A DNA stretch of 52,443 nt, the filler included, from Catajapyx aquilonaris (taxonomy: Eukaryota): the NCBI GenBank assembly GCA_000934665.2. It is 2 parts of 2 records of this genome, joined end to end, with 100 filler letters (N's around TTAATTAATTAA, not from the genome) between each part and the next. Parts side by side here need not be neighbours in the genome. Positions count along the whole stretch, not along the records: positions 26,285 to 52,443 come from JYFJ02005242.1; 1 more part is not named here. One strand, given 5' to 3'. Made by a program: the position numbers and the translations under genes. The notes beneath the pieces are model-generated. The model was not told the DNA's origin. It worked only from the letters and a program-made list of their open reading frames with translations, and did not search any database. Positions 51,450 through 52,443 of this stretch are shown piece by piece (position 1 is the stretch's first letter; each line of letters opens with the position of its first letter).

Positions 51450-52138
51450 ATGATAATTATTGTCATCGCAGTGGTAGTCATTGCTGCATTGGGACAAGAT
51501 GCAGGTCAGTTTACATCATACGCAAATCAGTCACTTTTGCATGCGACTGCATTATTCTTGTTACCCCTGCATTGTTGCAGAGAAGACATGGTGCACAATA
51601 AGTGATGCTGCATGTGGCAAGATGTACTGCACAGATGATGAGGATTGCGATCATCCTGTTCTGTCGACATGTTGCCAAGAGGTGCTGCCACAATGTCTGG
51701 ATGAACAACCGGATGGTAAGACCCTGAATTGTTGGAAATAATAGTGGCCAAGTAACAGAGCTGACAAATAGTATTATGTGACACTGTCTTACAGTCACAG
51801 TGCATGTTCTGACTGTGGAATAATTAGAGGCTACCTTTCCTCATGACATGCGTAGCCTATGACATTTGAAATGACTACTTTTGACCTTCCGGCATTTGAA
51901 GTTAATGGTTAGGTCCTAAATGCAAAAAACTGAAGCTAGAAATCTCATCATGATATTGCCTTTCAGGTGTGCTCGGTTTCTACCGTAATGGAACAACCGG
52001 AGAGTTTGACCCCAGTTCACAGTCATTGGTATCCTCAAACATGCTGCAGGGGAGACTCAGATTGTGCCAACTTCGCACCTTACACCAATTGCTGCGTACC
52101 AACAAACAGGCCACGTACCCTCAAGCCACTGGTCCCAA
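51450..52138 (+). pseudogene. Secreted cysteine-rich paralog B2 (frameshifted exon 3; may continue beyond window)
   Basis: Exons 51450-51504 (MIIIVIAVVVIAALGQDA), 51581-51715 (EKTWCTISDAACGKMYCTDDEDCDHPVLSTCCQEVLPQC...), 51967-52138 (172 nt, 3n+1). Homology to B1 exon 3 switches frame between about 52008 and 52040. The conserved GFC reads GFY. Confidence 0.75.
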
Positions 52139-52443
52139 GTAAGATGCAAAAATATTATCTGTCCGTGAAATTAATCTCTACTTCTGACTTGCTTGGCGGT
52201 CACAAGCATTGAACTAATGAGCATACAACAAGCATGATTAACTGCATGTAATCAGGATTAGCAGTGATAGTTCCTGAAAACCAGAGGAATGTGAATAACT
52301 TTGATCTCACCATATATTATAGTCACCGAGACATCACACTCTCTCAGACGCTCGTGGGAATCAGACGTCTCGTACACAGCTCCTGCTTGGGTGAACCCAC
52401 ATTACCGGGTCGATTGAATCACCCCAGTTACCCGCCGTTGAAT

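Noticed and set aside
21407..52138. Functional link between rhomboid and the Cys-rich cluster (e.g. EGF-like substrates)
   Set aside because: They are separated by an artificial gap, and the Cys-rich proteins lack a transmembrane segment and EGF spacing.

Overview
Eukaryotic, intron-rich genomic DNA. It is most likely arthropod, judging from the rhomboid peptide. An artificial 100-bp N-linker at 26185-26284 splits the window into two parts. Left part: mostly intronic/intergenic sequence with two spliced exons of a rhomboid intramembrane serine protease gene (21407-21519, 22776-22893, + strand), plus Helitron-like elements, hAT- and Tc1/mariner-type MITEs, tRNA-derived SINEs, hairpins and a 16/17-bp minisatellite. 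Right part: a possible C2H2 zinc-finger exon on the - strand, then the main feature, a + strand tandem cluster (about 31.8-52.4 kb) of paralogous multi-exon genes that the ORF track shows only in fragments. They encode secreted, very cysteine-rich proteins: a signal peptide, an N-terminal WAP/four-disulfide-core-like 8-Cys module, then further C-x5-C-x5/8-CC modules, with every coding intron in phase 1. Two copies look intact (41351-44067, 306 aa; 47735-49254, about 179 aa). Two carry a frameshift in exon 3 (34697-37613; 51450-52138+). One is a deleted relic (about 31815-32468). This pattern fits birth-and-death evolution of an effector-like family (toxin, antimicrobial or protease inhibitor); the function is inference only.
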